Of a DNA stretch of 64,000 bases, positions 59,373 through 64,000 are shown piece after piece (position 1 is the stretch's first letter; the number at the start of each line of letters is the position of its first letter). Position numbers and translations under genes: made by a program. The DNA is from Amphiscolops sp. MND2022. Its lineage: Eukaryota. The notes beneath the pieces are model-generated. The model did not search any database. It was not told the origin of the DNA and worked only from the letters and a program-made list of their open reading frames with translations. The stretch covers positions 86,678,001 through 86,742,000 of the forward strand of contig OZ076409.1 of assembly GCA_964187785.1 (NCBI GenBank), written 5' to 3'.

Positions 59373-60245
59373 GTGAATCAAAATAAGAAAGAAATTGTTA
59401 AAGAAATATTCTCTCCTGTAATTAGGAAGTTTCAAAGAATTCAAATACAAACTCACCATGAAGATGAATGTTGGAGTATTGATTTAATTGATCGCTCAAG
59501 TTTAAGCAAATACAACAAAAACTACAAGTTTAGTTTCACAATAATTGACAATCATACTAAATATGCATGGGCAATTCCTCCTAAAGATAAATCAGGAAAA
59601 AGTACAACAACTGCATTCAAGATTTTATTGGAAACTAGTAAATGAAATATAGAATGATAGAGGTAAAGAGTTTTACAACACAACATTTTTACACTATTCA
59701 AAAGAGCAAAACATTCAAATTTATTCAACCAATTCAGATTTAAAAGCAGTTTTTGTTGAACGTTTCAATAGAACATACTGGACTTAATCAAAGAACCAAT
59801 GTACATTGAAGGTAAAGGTAACTGGTAGAATCACCTTGATGCTGCTTTACAAAAGTATAATAATCGGGTCCATACCACAACCAAAATGACACCTTTTGAA
59901 ATGAGTTTTAACTCAACAATACCGCGAAGCTACGCCAATCTGATACCCAATAATGATAATAATAATCATAACGAAGAATTACCTAAATTCCAAGTGGGGG
60001 ATTTTGTAAGAGTTCCTGACAAACGCAATTCATTTAGTAAAGATTATACAGAAAATTGGAACAGAGAACTTTTCAAAATACACAGCATCAACAAAACAAA
60101 CCCAGTAACATACACTTTGGAAGATGAAAACAAACAAAATAGTCAAGGAAAATACTATTAACAAGAACTTTTAAGAAGTATATTCCACTTTGACTCTAAC
60201 ATCAAAACTTTAGAAAGTATGAACAATTTCCACAAGTTTGAGTAG
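59373..60245 (+). pseudogene. Polinton-type rve integrase
   Basis: WSIDLID, IIDNHTKYAW, DRGKEFYN, VERFNRT, KFQVGDFVRV…NWNRELFKI; broken by stops and frameshifts. Confidence 0.85.
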
Positions 60246-60294
60246 TGTTCCAAAAAATGTTTATTATAAATGAAACTCTATATCGACAGATTCA

Positions 60295-61514
60295 ATGTTT
60301 TCTTTAAAAAGTAAATATACACTCGAGAAACATATTCATAAAATTGATTTTATTAAATATAGTCCAAGTAGTTTAGCCACAGTCAATGACACCAACTCCA
60401 ATATTTCAATCAGTTTGCCAAGAGAAGATGCCTACATATGTTTACAAAATTCATTCTTAGGTGTAGAATTCGAAGTACTTAAAAATGACAATACGGGATA
60501 TACCAACGGTGATGAAATAAACTTGGTTAACTTTGGGCCCGTTTCTTTATTTGGTGAAGCTAAGCTGACAACACGTTCGGGGAAACATCTAGAGAAAGTT
60601 GACAATTTGCACCCAATTTCATTGATGTATAAACTTTTAACAAGTACCCAACAAACAAGTCAATTAATGTAAGGGTTTGAAGAAAGTAGTACTATCAGAA
60701 GACAAGAACTTACTAACAATAAGACAGAGAAAGGAACCTTTTTTGTAAGAAATAAAATGCGGGATTTATTCGGATTTGCTGATCAAGAAAAAATAACTTA
60801 TGGATTGGGCTACACTCTTACTTTAAAACGGAACACCAACAATGATATGATTTTAAGAGGTGCTGGAGTGGATGCTGCAAAAGTAGTTGTAAAAACATTT
60901 CATGGTATATTCAACACTATGTACCAAACTTAGAAAACCAACATTTTGTTATGGACCAAATTCTGAATAAAGACCCAACCGAATTGCATTACATTGAAAG
61001 AGTTGTTTTTAGAAAAGACACCAATATTAATTGGACATTTGAGTTAGGAAATAGCGACACTGTGTCCTGTCCTATTTTTGTAATTGTTGGATTTCAAGCT
61101 AGAAATAAAATTGATTCACAAATACACAATAATGCAACATTTGATAGGTTACCAATTTCAAATGCTGTTTGTAAAATAGGATCAGAAAAATATCCTGATG
61201 ATGGAATAGAATGTGACTACGACCACGACAATTATGATCAAGCATACGGTGAAATTGAAAACTTTTATCACTTAAAAAGTGAAACTAACCTACTCAACCC
61301 ATTTATTGATTTACTCAAACTCAGAACAAATTATAATTACTATGTATTTGATCTAAGCAAACAAAAAGACAACATTGCTTCTCAACCAATCAGATTAGAA
61401 TTTAAATTTAGTGCTGCTATTGATGTAGCAGACTACATAGCTTATGCATTAGTTCTAACCCCAGAACTAATAAGTATTAGTAGTGATGGACAAAGGCATT
61501 TTGATTTATTGTGA
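60295..61514 (+). pseudogene. Major capsid protein (double jelly-roll, hexon-like), interrupted
   Basis: Two ORF pieces in Polinton context; PIFVIVGFQ…KYP…YVFDLSKQ…IRLEFKF pattern. Confidence 0.65.
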
Positions 61515-61550
61515 TAACTGACGTGATAACTGACGTGATAACTGACGTGA
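61511..61550. repeat. 12 bp tandem repeat GTGATAACTGAC, ~3.4 copies
   Basis: Read directly; overlaps the capsid gene stop. Confidence 0.9.
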
Positions 61551-61854
61551 TCATTTCAATTCATAACTATTAAAAAAATATTCATAACTATTATTTGATA
61601 AACTAATAATTTGCGTAGCTTCGCAAATAAATATAAATAGTTATATAATGATAAAATAATAATGTTATAAGAGGTGTGTGTGTGTGTCGCTTCGCCTCAC
61701 AATAAATGTGGCCGATCACTTATCAGATTTAAAAGCTGCCGATGATTTAGATCTTCTTTAAATACCAAACCTTTAAATATAATTCTTCGTCACAGTTTAC
61801 ACCACTCAATCGCGCAGGAGCATTCGCAGCTCCGCCTTCAGTTAGTTCGGTGTA

Positions 61855-63281
61855 TTACAAACCAATTAGTTTCAAACAATATATACAAGGACAATCACCT
61901 TTTTGTGAGTGTTTGTCCCATGGTAAATTTTGTATTGGATTCAAGTACACACGCTTGTCATCAAAAGGATTCAAAACTAGTTTATCTTGTTTCTGAACAG
62001 GTAAATTGTGAGCATTTGAACGGATAGAATAATTAGTTGCAGTTGTTGTTTCAGAATTGAATGATGAAATAATATAACTTTCCTTCTTGGGAGACTTTTG
62101 TATTCCTTTTTGTTTTGATATTTGCAAAGCTTCATAACTATAAGCATACGACTTTGATCGTAGAGCCACAAAGTTGTCTAGTACTAATACTGGACTTGTT
62201 TCTATTTTCATTTTTCCTGTAACTTTCTTGTTAATGGGGTCGTACAACTCATGACTGGGATCTATTTCACTGAAATCAATTTCATCTTTGTTTTGTTTTA
62301 AAAACTCAATTAAATTTTCCAACTGAGTGTCAAAACTAAGAACAAAAGAATATGTATCCATGTAATGAAGTTGTACTTTATTTTGCCAGTGTGGTTCTAA
62401 AGTAAAATTGTAGAATTCATACATTATTAATTTACTCAGTTCTAAAACACTAAACCCCAAGTAAATTGGTTTATCAAAAATTATTTTTTTCTTATCAAAC
62501 TTGTACACGCTAAATTTAGAATAATGATCCATGATTCCTTTGAAACTTAACTTGGATTGTCTTTTTATTATTTGGTCAATTTGTGTGTGATCAATGAATT
62601 CTAAACTAACTCTTTCTCTTACATTTTCCTTAGTCTTACCAGAGAAAGCATTATTCAATAATTTGTACAAGTTTTTTTCGAAGTTTGTTTTTGCTTTGGT
62701 GCGTTTTTGAGTGTTATGATTAATATTTTTTCCTAACCAAAGTGATTGTTTGAATCTCCAAAGTGAGTGTATCTTTGTTACTTTCATCCCCTTTTTAGTG
62801 TAAAACTTGAACATCCTGTAGTGTATCATATATTTTTGTTTGTTTGTTAGGTCACATATAAGTTTCTCGGTTGGTTTGTAGTTGGGTTGATTTACACTAT
62901 TCATGTATTCTGAAAAAAAACTAGGATCTGCTTTTGTTTGATAAAGACAAAGTGGAAAGTTTTTTGTTCTGTCTTTAATTTCAACAGGATACTCTAAATC
63001 ACATTCTATAAAGTAGCCATATTCATTATCATCTGGTGTATTCAAAATGTCTTCTTTAATTTCATCAATTAGTAATTCATCATTGTCACAACCGAACTTT
63101 GCGAAGCTCCGCATCGTTCTAAAGTCTCCAGTAGGAAGGTATTGACTCATCGCCCATCCATAAAGATTATTCGCATCAATGTACAAAAGTTTCGTATTTT
63201 CATGTGATTCAATGTAACGAGGTCCCATTACACTTGAAATTCCTCCACGAATATTTTTTCCAAGTAGTAGTAGCAGGTCTT
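61855..63281 (-). pseudogene. Protein-primed family B DNA polymerase, polymerase domain only
   Basis: IRGG, YIDANNLYGWAM, KLLNNAFSGKT, YMDTYS (DTDS mutated), KGI, DDKR. Confidence 0.9.
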
Positions 63282-64000
63282 TGTTACGACTCCTGTTAGG
63301 GTGGTTGTTCTGTACATTTCTGATTATTTTTGTTGCTTTTTTCAAGGACATTCCTCTTTTCTAGCTTTTCTTGTTGAAAAAATTTTCGGATTTACCAATT
63401 TTGAATTGAAGTTTGCAGAGTAATTGTTTTAACAAAACAAAGTAGAATTTGATACAAGACATCAGATCGAATCAGAAATTTAATGAATAAGTTTACAGGT
63501 ACAAGCTATATATACCCTCCTAGCATCATCTGTACATACTCGCGTACTTTAATTTCCATCGAGATATTAGTCACTTCCTGTAATTTTGCGGCCAAACTTT
63601 GATCTTTGTCAGCATTTCGTCAATTTTTAAGACACGGCAATTCTAATCTAGTATTAGACACCAATCAGTTTCCTCCCAAGCAGGAAGTAGATACTACTTC
63701 AGTCTGTCAAACCGGAAATACTTCCCCGTTTTTCTGCATTGGTTCGTAAAAAACCGACGCGGAGATGACGCTGACGTGAACAACTAATACCTGATTTTGA
63801 ATTTCCACTTGAAGAAAATTATGACTAATTATCTTGATTTAGGCAATTTGGTGATGCTAAGAGAGTGACTGATTTACATGAGGCTAAACAATTATATATA
63901 TTTCAACAATTGATAATTATTTATCTGATTAAAGTTAGGAGCAACACCTTTGAGCAACAATAAAAGACGACGTGACATCGTCAAACAGCAGATGAACTAT
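63282..64000 (-). mobile_element. Probable LTR-type insertion interrupting PolB
   Basis: PolB-like sequence stops at TGTTACG (63282); the other end is outside the window. Confidence 0.4.

Larger units (their letters stand above)
53147..63281. mobile_element. Decayed Polinton/Maverick (adintovirus-like endogenous virus)
   Basis: Co-located protease, minor and major capsid, A32-like ATPases, rve integrase and protein-primed PolB. Left end (AGTAG at 53147) is tentative. Confidence 0.88.

Noticed and set aside
63282..63351. First ~23 codons of the 498 aa ORF as the true PolB N-terminus
   Set aside because: pPolB needs an upstream exonuclease domain; this stretch lies beyond the apparent insertion junction.

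Overview
AT-rich metazoan genomic DNA with spliceosomal introns, dense repeats and one N gap at about 49708-49907. The left half carries co-oriented + strand host genes: DDX54 (5'-partial), RFC4, ERGIC2, a CRAL-TRIO-like gene, DARS1 and a class A GPCR. Their introns and spacers hold Helentron/DINE-1-like non-autonomous elements with tRNA-like cassettes, RTE fragments, a 2A-bearing L2/CR1-type LINE and a ~3.6 kb tandem duplication. 36454-49979 is one Gypsy-type LTR retrotransposon (TTAAC target duplication) with unusual architecture: a 1.84 kb LTR whose two ends lie inside ORFs, a textbook 3' splice site where the polypurine tract should be, and an antisense intron-containing BED-finger/hAT-like passenger gene. 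About 53.1-63.3 kb is a decayed Polinton/adintovirus (protease, penton, two ATPases, integrase, major capsid, pPolB) with about a dozen copies of a GCGNAGCTNCGC palindrome. All calls come from reading the sequence; no searches were run.
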